Source of the DNA: Seison nebaliae
Taxonomy: Eukaryota
Direction: 5' to 3'
DNA length: 64,000 nucleotides
Assembly (NCBI GenBank): GCA_023231475.1
Contig: JALJEE010002021.1
Span: 1 to 64,000, forward strand
Position 1 is the stretch's first letter. Each line of letters begins with the position of its first letter. A program made the position numbers and the translations under genes. The notes below the pieces were generated by a model that saw only the letters and a list, made by a program, of their open reading frames with translations, made no database searches and was not told the DNA's origin. This document shows, piece after piece, positions 41,964-53,763 of this stretch.

Positions 41964-43340
41964 ATGTGTCGTCCAAAGAACTTATTTGGAATTTACATTT
42001 TCCTTCTCCTCCACATCTCAGCAACTCTCCAAAACATTCAGATGATTCATTCGGAGAATATGGACGGTGTCACATCATTCAATGCACTCGATGTCAGTTT
42101 AGCTGATTTCTCATTACGAGTTCATCAATCATTCGATTTGATTGACGAGAACATTATCATTTCACCTTTCAGCATTTATTTAATTCTCGCCGCTTTGTGT
42201 GAAGGTGCACGAAATGAAACTTATAAGAAATTGAGTGAGAAATTACATGTCTCTCATCAAATCTCTTTTCAAGATAATATGAGAAATCGTTTCAACAGTC
42301 TAGTCTCGTTGAATATGAATGAGAAATTGAAAATTAGAATCAATTCAAAAATTATGATTCAAAAAGATTCGTTTAAAATAAATGAAAATTATCGATTTGA
42401 AATTAAAGATTTGTTAAATACAGATGTGACTTATTGTGATTTCCATTATAATTTGGAGAAGGAAGTGAAACAATTAAATGAATGGGTAGAATCGACGACG
42501 AATGGAATGCTCACTGACATCTTCACGCCCACAATGATTAGTCCGGCCACTAATTTATTCCTAGCTAATATAATCTACTTCAATGGTGATTGGCAATACA
42601 AATTCGAAGAGAAATTGACAAAAGAAAGAAAATTCTTTAATTTGAATGGAAGAATTGCTCTTGTAGATATGATGAGAAATCCTTCCATCGATATTAAATA
42701 TGATTTCAATTATGCCATCAATTCTCATATGGTAGCATTACCATATGCCATCGATAAGAATAAAGAGAATGAAGAATCTAATTTATTCTTTGTTATTATC
42801 GCATCAGAAAACAACGAATCATATCGACAATTATTAGAGGTGGACGATTCAGCATCAATCGCTTTACATCTCCTCCAATTTGTGGCGATGGCGAAAGAAA
42901 TCGATTGTGATATTACATTACCGAAATTCGAGATCAAATTTGAGAAATCAGTTAAATATTTTAAAAAGTTTTTCATCAAATATTTTTTTAGATTGTCGAA
43001 TTATTTAATAAAATGGATTTGAAATTTCTCTTGGAGAATAATGCAGATTTCTCCGGAATTTCCATCAAAAACGGTAAAGACCTATCAGTTGATACTGGAT
43101 TCCATTCAGCGGCTATTCGTGTTGATGAGAAAGGTTAATTTGATTATGTGAAATTTTCAATAATATCATTAATCGTTTAAAGGAAGTGAAGCTGCGGCCA
43201 TCACAAGTTTATTTATTGGACGATCGTTATCATTAAAACGGAAAAATAAAATCGTTAAAATTGATCATCCATTCCTCTATTTTATTTATGACAAATCGAC
43301 ACATACCATTTTATTCGAAGGACACATCAGTAATTTCTGA
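41964..43340 (+). CDS. Secreted serpin, 3 exons
   Basis: Signal peptide; ENIIISPFSI, NEWVESTTNG, NIIYFNGDW, LPKFEI, hinge DEKGSEAAA and DHPFLYFI; introns 42951-42991 and 43134-43182. Confidence 0.94.
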
Positions 43341-43397
43341 TGAAAATTCTGAGAAAATTTTCTATTTTTTCCAAAACTTTTTATTTTCAAATTATTT

Positions 43398-44129
43398 TTA
43401 TTTTTCCAAATTCTTCTCGTGAATTTCCAAAATGGAAGACAGTTCCAATTGATGTTGTTGTAATAATTGTGATAATTGGATTGATGACATTGACAATAAA
43501 TTCGATAATTTTTTCAATTCGTTTTCTGTCGATAGAATTTGTTCACTCACCGAAATCATTTGATCTTTCTTCAACAAATAATTTTGGAAAAGACAACCCA
43601 ACGGAAGAAGTTGAGGCATTTTCTTCAATAAATTTAACGATTTCTTCAAACTCTCTTCTCCATTCCCAATAATTATACCGATATTATTTCTCGATGTTTT
43701 CAAAGGAATTAAAAGATTTCTTTCTTTCTCTTCCTCCAACGCCAATCGACAAGTCAACAGATTTGGATTCGTATAAACAAAACCATTCTCTTTCCAGATT
43801 GTAGCGACTTCACGTTTCTCGAACCATTTCATCGGAAATTCATGAATAACGATAGCTAAATCGGATCGTTGAATTTGTCTTCTCAATATCCGACTCATCA
43901 CTTGTTCGATTTCAGTCGCGTCTTCCAATCGTCTTAACCGAGACTTGAGGAATTCATTTTTCCTTTTCACATTCCTCTCATAAGCACTTCCTCTCTTCTT
44001 CTCGATGATTGGGAGTGTCAACTCCTCCATATATCGAGCGATATCATTTCTCGGTTTCGGCAATTTCACATCAAACCATCTCCGACAAATGATTTGAAGA
44101 GACTTATCACATTTATTTAAAAGATGCAT
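43398..44129 (-). CDS. MRPL10: Mitochondrial ribosomal protein L10-like
   Basis: Presequence-like N-terminus; the C-terminal PQLLPLGC...LSQLLQQHQLELSSILE pattern matches animal MRPL10 as I recall it. Confidence 0.65.
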   Translation of the reverse strand: MHLLNKCDKSLQIICRRWFDVKLPKPRNDIARYMEELTLPIIEKKRGSAYERNVKRKNEFLKSRLRRLEDATEIEQVMSRILRRQIQRSDLAIVIHEFPMKWFEKREVATIWKENGFVYTNPNLLTCRLALEEEKERNLLIPLKTSRNNIGIIIGNGEESLKKSLNLLKKMPQLLPLGCLFQNYLLKKDQMISVSEQILSTENELKKLSNLLSMSSIQLSQLLQQHQLELSSILEIHEKNLEK

Positions 44130-44459
44130 GAGCTAAGAATAAAAATGAGGAAAAAATTTTGAACTTTTATCAATTTTTTATTTATATGAAAAATCATCCT
44201 TCCGATTTTCTAATAAGCCGATTGGGCAAAGGGAATCGATTTTTAATAATTAAGAAAAACCGTTTTCTTATGATACAACTGACAATTAAACAAACTAAAT
44301 TTTAGAAAATTAAAAGAATTTTCTAATTTTTTTAATTCATTAAACAATTAATTGGAAATATTTTGATAATTTTTGATAAATTCAAAAATTAAAACAATTT
44401 TTCTTTAGTTTTTTGATAATTATCTCTATTCTTTCAAATCTTTCAAATTATTTAATCAA

Positions 44460-45342
44460 ATGGAAATCATTTTCATTTTATTCATTATAAAATGTTGGAA
44501 TTTTTTTTATTAAAATTAACTGATAAGTTTAATTTTAAGTTTTTTTCTCATTTGGTGAAGGAATGGAGTTGGAATGTGATAGAGATTTCTATCCCACAAG
44601 ACTTACAAATAGAAAAAATTACCGTTATTATGGTTTTGTTAATTCGCAAGCATGTCGTGGAATTTATGAGATTAGTGGACCTGTCATCGATATTCCAAGA
44701 AAATGTACAGGTCGAAATAATGGCCGGGATAAAACGGCGGGAATATATTTCCATACGAAGGAAAGTTTGGTTCCACAGGCGAAGTTATTGTTCTGCAGTA
44801 CGAGAACATCCGGTGAAATGATTTCTGTTGTTCAGGATTGGACTGGAAAGTTCGATATTGTTATTCAATAAAATGTACATTTGCCTTTAGAACAGTAGCA
44901 TTTATTGAAGGAGATTTCGTCGATGTTGGCATACAACTCTCCAACCCAAAAAAAGATCCAGAAGGAAGATTATTTATAGTAATCGCAGTTCTCCATGAGA
45001 ATAGGGAAAGTTCACTTTTAATCATATTTCATCTTCCAACTTTTCTCAATTGATAGTTACTTGCGCTAGATATAAATGCCGAGTTATTTGTTATGATGAG
45101 AACATGAATCACATCAGGTCATTAAGAAATTTTCGATTTTGAATAATGTTTTTTTCATTAGGAGTTTAGTATATGCGTATGATCGTCAACTATTCGTGGA
45201 AAATATGATTCGATATGAAGTTATTGGACAAAAGTTCAATCATGATGTCACTTGCATCGTATCATTTATGTACACGATAATGGAAACATGCCAATTTTCA
45301 AGCATAACATCTGAAGTTTTCTCGTTAAGAACCTCAAGATAA
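44460..45342 (+). CDS. Orphan secreted Cys-containing protein, 5 exons
   Basis: Four phase-consistent GT-AG introns (44494-44539, 44850-44890, 45010-45056, 45118-45161) give a continuous frame starting MEIIFILFIIKFFFSFGEG-MELEC (signal peptide-like). No family recognised. Confidence 0.6.
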
Positions 45343-46426
45343 TTTATGTTATTTTATTTAAATGAATTATTTCATATCATTTTACAACGTTTATATTAGA
45401 CTAAAATTTATTAAAAAATCTTTGGAAAGGTCGATCGTAAAATAACAAACCAGAATCTCGTTGAATAGTTGGAAATTAGGTATTAGGTCATTGCCAGAAA
45501 GTTAAATGTCTCAAATAATTATTTCAATTCCAGTTTTTCCATATCCCTTTCATCTCATATTGCCAATAAAAAAAACTAGATTTCTTGAAGGTTACTTCTA
45601 GAAAGTGTCTCCCCAATTCATCACAATTGATTTATTAGCAGTATAATTAATATCTGTTAGTAACTTTTTGTTTCAACGAATAAATAGGAACAGATATTTC
45701 ATGATATATTTCCATCAGTCTTTCTTTATATTGATGACATTCTGACAGAAAAGTATTGAATTTGTTTTTGTTCTAACAAGTTATCTGAAAGATGTATCCT
45801 CCGCAAAAAAGATAAATCTAAAATTTTAACTGACATTTTTCTTCATTCGATGATGAGAAAATTGAATGAGAATGATGTTTAGGAACTAAAATTGACAATA
45901 AGTTCCTCAGATCTTTTTATTCGTTTCATTATCATTCCAAATATTCTTCGATTCAATTGAAGTTATTTATCATTTATTATTGTAATTATTATAGACTAAC
46001 CGTTTCATTGTGTAACGGTCATAAATCTTTGGGACGTCTTGGTCGTACGTATTTAATATCTCGGATAAAGCCATTTTATAAGGAATTTATGTTATAAGGT
46101 GAATATTTATCCTCTTTTTATCGTCGAAAAATATTTAAATATAATTACTTTCGTTTATTTAACGTTTTAAAATATTTACTTAAAGTTTAGTAATTTTGTC
46201 TTTCTCTTTATTTCTTTCTTTCTTCAACTTAATTTTTCAGCGTGCTGAAATGGTTTCTCAAATTTTTCAAAAATATTAACTTGTAAATTTGAGATTTTGA
46301 TTGAGCCAATTATTTTAGAAATGGGAAAAGATGTTGAAGAGAAATGAAAATGAATTTTCCAAAAAGGAATTTCAAATTAAAGAAATTGAGGAAAATGAAA
46401 GAGAATAAGATAATCAGAATAAATGA

Positions 46427-48364
46427 ATGATGGATGATGATGCAGCGAAATTGAGGTCGTTGTTGACGGTAGAGAATTTCGATGCGAATACATTTTTGAA
46501 TCAGTTATTATCGAAGAATAAGGCGAAGGATGGTGTAAGTGAAGATGAATTGAATGACATCCGTAATCGATTGACAGCCACTCAACAAAGTGCATCGATC
46601 GGATTGAGATCGTTAGTGAGTCGACATTCTGATAAATTGATATCGACAGCGAAGGAAATGATAACGTTAGAGAGTGAGATGGGTCAATTGAATAATTTGT
46701 TGAATGATCAACGATCTTTAACGTCGTCAATGAAATCGGTGGCAGCTTCTCTTATGACATCACAATCGTTGGATGATAGATTGTCAGAATCGAAAAAACG
46801 GAAAAATAATCCGTTCGATATTAATGATGATGATAATAATAATAAGAATAATTTTCCTATGTCATATAATGAGGATGATGAAGATGGTTTGACGAATTCG
46901 ATCCAAGATGATTTATATCGTCTCAAAACATTAAATATTCATTCGTCGTTGGAGTTAGTGGATGTGGCGATCGCTCAACGTGATTTCGATCGAGCAGTTA
47001 CACTCATTCTTCATTTGAAAGAATCGAATCCATATTTCCGTTCTTCTATCGCTGCTAATTCCATCGAATTACGATTAGATGATGAGAAAACGAAAAAACA
47101 ATTGAAAGATGAAATGATGAATGAAATTTCAGCAGATGTTGAATTGAGAAATCGAGAAATGTTAATTCGTTTAGCTTTATTGAAAGAATTCACTTTACGA
47201 CCATCAACATCACAACGTTGTATTGATTTACATTCTCGTCTAGGTTATACGAGACATGCACGATATTTAACCATCTGGCAACAAAGTAACATCATCGATG
47301 ATAGTTTGAAAAGAATCCGTTTAGATGAAACGTCAACGGTTTATATTCGGGAACAAACGAAAGAATTCTGTATTGGAATTAGTCAAACAATTCATTCTGC
47401 TCTCATTAACGTTTATCATCATGACAATGGTGAGAATACCATATCGACTTCGTATTTGTTAAATCGGGAATGTATGGAGGAATGGAAAGTGGCGGAATTA
47501 CATGCCGATTTATATACTTGGATAAAAAATCGAGTTCATCATTTCCTCACTCATCTCACCAATCTCAATTATTTGAGTGGTGATGATGAGAATTTCTCGT
47601 CGACTATGAACAATATCGATACCATCTTCTCCACCATCCAATCTCAATTGTCGAATTCGATGAAATCAACAAATTATCCGTCGATGAATATCATCCGATT
47701 AGTTCAAGTGGAATTATTGCCATTAGTCAGGAAAGCGATCGAAGATAAAAAACAAAAGTTTGTCAATGTCATTCGACAACGAAGTCGAATCGATGATTGG
47801 CAACGTGCCTCCTTCAAAACTAATGATGAATGTGTTAGATCATTAAATGAATTTTATCAAGAATTATCATCAGACAATGGTGCCACCTCGGAAAAATTGA
47901 AAATTTTTCTTCGTAAACAAGTCTTCGATTTACGACGATCAACTCCATTAAAAAATGATTTCGATAATGATAATGTTATGGAACAGCAATGGACTAATGA
48001 AGAGAAAGATGGGGAATTGTCTTATATTGACATGACTCAGAATTGTTTAAGTTTCATGAAGAATTTCCTTCGATTGAGTAACGAATTATGTCGGATATTT
48101 TACGGGAATATCTCTTATGATATCTATACGGCACTTGTGCAAATATTTAAAGCACAATTACGTATCATCGAACGAGCGATGAGTGATCGATCGAAAAATA
48201 TCCATTTCATTTACAGACAATTACAATTTGTGTTCGATCCGATTCTTGTAAAGATTCGACAAGATTTCTATCAAGCCAGTGGACTTCCTGTTCCGTATTT
48301 AGAGAATTTGGAGGATCGTCGTCAATCGTTTGAAGTGACTTACAAGAAATTATTAAGTCAATGA
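46427..48364 (+). CDS. EXOC8: Exocyst complex component 8 (Exo84)-like, intronless
   Basis: Vps51-like N-terminus (NFDANTFL...LISTAKEMITLESEMGQLNNLLNDQRSL), ELVDVAIAQRDFDRAV motif, helical C-terminus. Confidence 0.85.
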   Translation: MMDDDAAKLRSLLTVENFDANTFLNQLLSKNKAKDGVSEDELNDIRNRLTATQQSASIGLRSLVSRHSDKLISTAKEMITLESEMGQLNNLLNDQRSLTSSMKSVAASLMTSQSLDDRLSESKKRKNNPFDINDDDNNNKNNFPMSYNEDDEDGLTNSIQDDLYRLKTLNIHSSLELVDVAIAQRDFDRAVTLILHLKESNPYFRSSIAANSIELRLDDEKTKKQLKDEMMNEISADVELRNREMLIRLALLKEFTLRPSTSQRCIDLHSRLGYTRHARYLTIWQQSNIIDDSLKRIRLDETSTVYIREQTKEFCIGISQTIHSALINVYHHDNGENTISTSYLLNRECMEEWKVAELHADLYTWIKNRVHHFLTHLTNLNYLSGDDENFSSTMNNIDTIFSTIQSQLSNSMKSTNYPSMNIIRLVQVELLPLVRKAIEDKKQKFVNVIRQRSRIDDWQRASFKTNDECVRSLNEFYQELSSDNGATSEKLKIFLRKQVFDLRRSTPLKNDFDNDNVMEQQWTNEEKDGELSYIDMTQNCLSFMKNFLRLSNELCRIFYGNISYDIYTALVQIFKAQLRIIERAMSDRSKNIHFIYRQLQFVFDPILVKIRQDFYQASGLPVPYLENLEDRRQSFEVTYKKLLSQ

Positions 48365-51300
48365 TTTATGTAAAACTTTATTATTATGATTATTCTATTT
48401 ATGTCTAATAAAATTTCATTCTAAACAAATTTTCCACTATTCCTTCTTCAATTTCCGTTCTTATTGTTCTGGGAGACGTAGTAGTTGTCTTTCTGATTTG
48501 TTGATTAATTCTTATAAAATTCCTTTTTTTTACAAATGTATGAAAGCAAATTTATTTGATTTGTGATAGACAATGGATAATTGATGAACAATTTCTTCTC
48601 TATTTATTCGACTTTCCTTCAAGTAGTTTGCTTTAAATGTTGTCTAAATATTGGATAAGATGATGGAAGTGATGACGATTGTTCAATATTTCTTTCGAAA
48701 ACGAAAGAATGTTGGACGACTACCTGCTTAACACATCAATAAAGTCGTGTAGAAAATGGGAAGTACCTTCTTATATTTAAGAAGAAATTAATTGTAATTT
48801 ACTTAAGAAGAAGAAAATTCTTTCCGATTGGAACTTTCAATTTCCGTCAGGAGAACATTCCGTTAGGAATGGATGAAAAGTTAAAGGGAATGTATAATCT
48901 CACCCGACAATCTTGAAGAGAAATAATTATGAGAGGAAACATCTGAAAATCGAAGTGATAATGTTGTTTCTGGAGAGAATTCGTATTCTCCTTTATACTT
49001 GTCACAAATCGAATATCTGTCACGCATAAAAATGAGGGAAGGATATGTTGATTTGGAATGATAATTCCTTCATTGTCGCACATGAAGAAAGAGGCAGTTG
49101 TGGATGTGTCTAATAGAATGAAGTAACGATAATTTATAATCGTATTTAATCATTAAATTAATTGGAAAATATAATAACGACATCTAAATTATTGTGGAGT
49201 GTTCGATTCGTTTCTTTCTTTATTGATGATTAACATTTCATTGTGCATGAATTGTGCACCATATATATGAGTCGGGCAGTCGTCAAATGAGATAAATGAA
49301 AAGGACTGATGAAAAATTCTGTTGATGAACAATGACAAATCAATCAAGTTAGTCGTTCTCTTGAGAAATAAGAAGGCAAAATTGCCATTTATCAATTGCG
49401 GAATTACGCTCATATCATATATCTTTCAGAATAAAGGAGAAGACCATATAATTGGTGATAGTATAATGATCAATATTCCATTTACTATCATGGACTCTGG
49501 CACTGCTCTGAAGGATAGAATTAGAGATGATTCGCAGTTTCTTTTTATCAATGTTTCCATCTAAAAATTATTCTATCATGAAGCCAAATCTCCTCTAATC
49601 TCGTCCATGTTTCTCGTTGTTCCTGCTCTTTTTCATATTCCATTATTAGATAATTACGACCAACAGTGACACATTTCTGAGGAACCAGATATAATGGAAA
49701 TGTGCAGTATATTCTTTCTTCGATTTTTGGTACTTCTTCCTATCTTTTTCTCCCCACCATCATCATCGTCATTCTCATCATCCTCCACGACCGAATCATA
49801 ATAGGAGTTATGCATCATATTGCAATTTTGTTTTGATTAAACATAAATAAAATATCACCATCATCTTCAGAAATTATCTCTCACGAAAAAGCATCCCAAC
49901 ATGAAAAGATTTCTCGATAAACGATTGTCATTTCAATCCGCGAAATCCTGCCAATCCATCGCACTCTCACTCTTCGATCGTTTCTTCTAGACTAACTCTC
50001 ACTACATTCTCCCCACATCATTTAATGAATTTCAATTAGTTCTCAAACATACTTTTCATTACTCATCATTTCTTACATAACATTCTTCTTTATATTCTTC
50101 CATCTATTTTATTATTCTTTATATTCCACTCGACTTCATCAGCAAAAACTTATTTTTAAATACCAATATAATTGGACGACTTAATTATTTAACGAAAATT
50201 CTCTCATTGAATCACCTTACAATGAATTCATCAAAAAAAAAAGAATGGATTAATGAAAAATATATTGCATAAATTATCGTATGGAAATTTCCATTATACA
50301 GGCGAGAAACGAAATTGCATAACGTGACTCATTACTATGCATTATTATTCCTTATAAGATTAGATGACGATAAAATAATGTTTGAATCTTTCGAAAGGAG
50401 AATTCCGTATTTTTCATGTATGTAACAAGATTGCACTTGAGATCAAATTAGAAAAAAGATTGACTATGACCGATCATGTGCAAACTCGAATTTCTTTCCA
50501 ACTTCATTATTATTCCTTCTCAATTCGATCTATTCTGTGAGTCTTGAAAGAAAAACAATTTAAAAGTTTTTGTTTACCTTTCTCCCCCTCCTCCTCCAAC
50601 AAATTTTACTTCTCCACTCATTCCTCTCACAATGGGAAGCGGCGCTAATTGTTTGTTTTGACCCGTTCACCACCATATTTAATCAAAGTATTTCGTCGAA
50701 GGAGAAAAACGTAATAATTATACATTCTAATTATACTTACTATCTATAAACGACGAACAATATTGATGAAATAGATGGGCATGTATGGAAATATTTAATT
50801 ATGTCGTTTTATTGCATCTTGTTAATGTAAATCCATTTCCTGTATATTTTGCCAAAAGGTATAATGTTATGACCTTTATTCAAATATCTTTCCTATTTCA
50901 CCAACAGTATACTAACGGATGCACATCTGTTCGCTTATTCTTCTTTTTTCCACCATCATTTCATTTCCTTCAATCTTTTCGTGGAAAATGGATTGTTGCA
51001 ATCCTCTAAGCGTATCCTCTTTTAAATTTCATATTGACGTTTCTCCTCAACAATTCCTAATGGAAATATCATAATTTGTCAATTCCGATGGTGTCCATTC
51101 TTTTATAAATTATCCTTCTTAATTATGTACAATCTAAATGTTTATTTCATTTATTTCTTCCCAATATCATTTCCGATAATAACCGTCCTTAATACGATAA
51201 TAGTTCCATATCACCAACACAAACTATTTCGTGATGTTCAGTTTCCAAAGTATTATTCGTCTATTAATTGTGTTATTCATATCAATTATCGAGAATATGT

Positions 51301-53763
51301 TTCAAAAACATTCTTCAACGATCTGATTAAAGGAAATTTAAACCGAATCGTATTTTTCATAATGAAAAATAAGAAATTTTCATTTTTCTTCCCCACATTT
51401 CAGAAAAAATGGTAAATATACAAAGTTCTGTATATATAAATCATCATCGTAGAAAATTTGTTGAAAATACGACCCGTTTCATAACCACCTACATTTACAA
51501 CTATTTTAATAATTTCTTAATAATTTGATATATTAAGTTTTTTCCTGTATCTCCGAACGAAAATTTGTCAAATGCAACTTGTTCCAAATTTCCAAATTAT
51601 ATTACTCATATTTTCATTTACTTAACCTGGAAAGTACAATAAAGAGTAGATTGTTGTTAAGTAGAAGATTGGATATATTAGTTCTAGCATTCTTACTGAG
51701 TTATAAGTCTATATGAATTTAGTATGGAACAATTTTCTTGATCATATCAACGAACAAACATTTCCTGTAAATTGAAAAATGAGAATCAGTCAGGTTGACA
51801 AGAAATAGATTAAAATTTGTGTATCCTGTCAAGAATAATATCGATAGTTTGTTCTTATCAATATTTACAGTTATTGAGAACGAACAACTCGGAATTGTTC
51901 GATAGATATGACGATTATTTGAAATAGATTTGTCGATTACCCAATACTATTGGGTATGGAATAAATTAGATTGCCAATGAATTGAATGATATTTATGAAA
52001 AGTGTATCATTGATTGTTGATTAAGTGAATGTGAAGTGAAATTGTGAATTGTGAGTGATATTACTTAAAATAAGTTTATAGTAGTTTAGTAGGAAATTAT
52101 CTGTATAATTCATAAATGACTCCGAAGTAAAGTTTTAAGGATAAAGGAAATTGAATGTGTGAAATTTGGTTTGTATTGCAACAATAAGAATATCTATAAT
52201 AGGTGGAAAATGAGGACGATGAATCGGAACAAAATGTCTCCTACATAAATTAAAAATTTGAATAATTGTTCGATGGAATTGAGACGTTGAGCTATTCATG
52301 ATTGAAATGGTGAAGTTCCTCTAATTCGAGTTGAATGAAATTTCAATTAGTTTTATGTGAAAGTTAATGCAATTACTTCAAATTATGGCTGCATTTAGTC
52401 CGTTGTGTAGATGGATCAGTTGGTGTAAATGTGTTCGATTCACATGAATAAATTCTTTATTTTTTTATGATTAAATTCCATTGTGCATTACTGTTCTCCC
52501 ATTTTCCATTCTTTTGCAATGAAAAAAGTAGAAATGGAACATAATATACATAATAGAATCGATAAATTCTATTTATTTTAACAGGAAAATGAATTTAATA
52601 TAACATCAAATATTCAAATTCAATATTAATTGAATTGATCTGATAATAGAGAAGGTGACGCACAACATGAGACTAAAGTGTCAAAGGAAAAGTCTAAAGG
52701 AAAAGTTCCTTTTCCACTGAGATGTATATCGGTTTTTCTAGATTTTTTATTGCACAGTTCGTTATTATGTTTATTGCAGTTGGCGATTTGGTTTACATCG
52801 TAAATTAGATAAGAAGCAACACTATTTACTTATGATTAGAAACTCTGCTCCTAGTTTATTGGTGGAGGAAGTTCATTCATTTCACTTTTTCTTTTGATTC
52901 CATAAAATTCATCTGTAACACAATCGAAGGTAATTAGAAAATAATTGGTACTATATAGAACCAATTCTCCTGTTGATTATAAGAAAGGGGAATAGGGAAA
53001 GAGTTAACGTATTTCAGAATAATCGAAAATACATCTGCACACCTCAAAGAATACTTTCATATTGGAATACTTCCACAAAATACGGTCGATATATCCCCAC
53101 TCTTCATGCCATGATACTTTACTTCATCCATAATTACTCGTCTTCCTAAATGAGTGAACAAAAATGTTGGCTTCAACCAGATAATTGAAATATCATAAAC
53201 CTGTTGATAAACAATTAGGTATGTCCATAAAAAAACGGTTTATCTAGATCGTTTTCCGTTTATTTTCTTCATTAGTTTTACTAAACAAAAATTCCCATTC
53301 AATTAATATTCGGATAATGGGAAGAAATAGTTGAGAATTATTAATAATCATCATTCTTCTAAGCCTTTCCTCATTATATGATAAATTGTTACCTTTAATT
53401 ATATCCCGAAAGGGAGACCGATTGGAACCGATATGAATTGTTCGAAATAGGATACGAGAATATGTATAGAAATCATTTGTCGATGAAGAATATCATCACA
53501 TTCCTCCCCCTCTCTATCTCTATTGAGACCTTGAGAATTATTTCTCGATGATTCTCACTATCGTGAGCACATTTCAACAACATAATTCAATCAAGTCATT
53601 TTCCTCATTTTTGTTTACTGGAATCAATTCGAGATTTGATTATATTAAAAGTACGTGAATCTTCTTGTTCTTTAGATGCATTTATGAATGTTTACGTGTG
53701 ATGCTCTATCGAAAGTAAAAGAAAACTATTCGACTTACCAATATATTCATCTTCCAATTCGTT

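Noticed and set aside
49655..49820. Short acidic/basic minus-strand ORF (MMHNSYYDSVVEDDENDDDDG...)
   Set aside because: About 54 codons with no homology cue or exon chain; cannot be supported.
51618..51780. TACTTAACCTGG resembles a variant U1 snRNA 5' end complementary to CAG|GTTAA donors
   Set aside because: No U1-70K loop (GATCACGAAG), no U1A loop (ATTGCAC), no stems or terminal hairpin downstream. The TAACCTGG at 60134 fails the same test.
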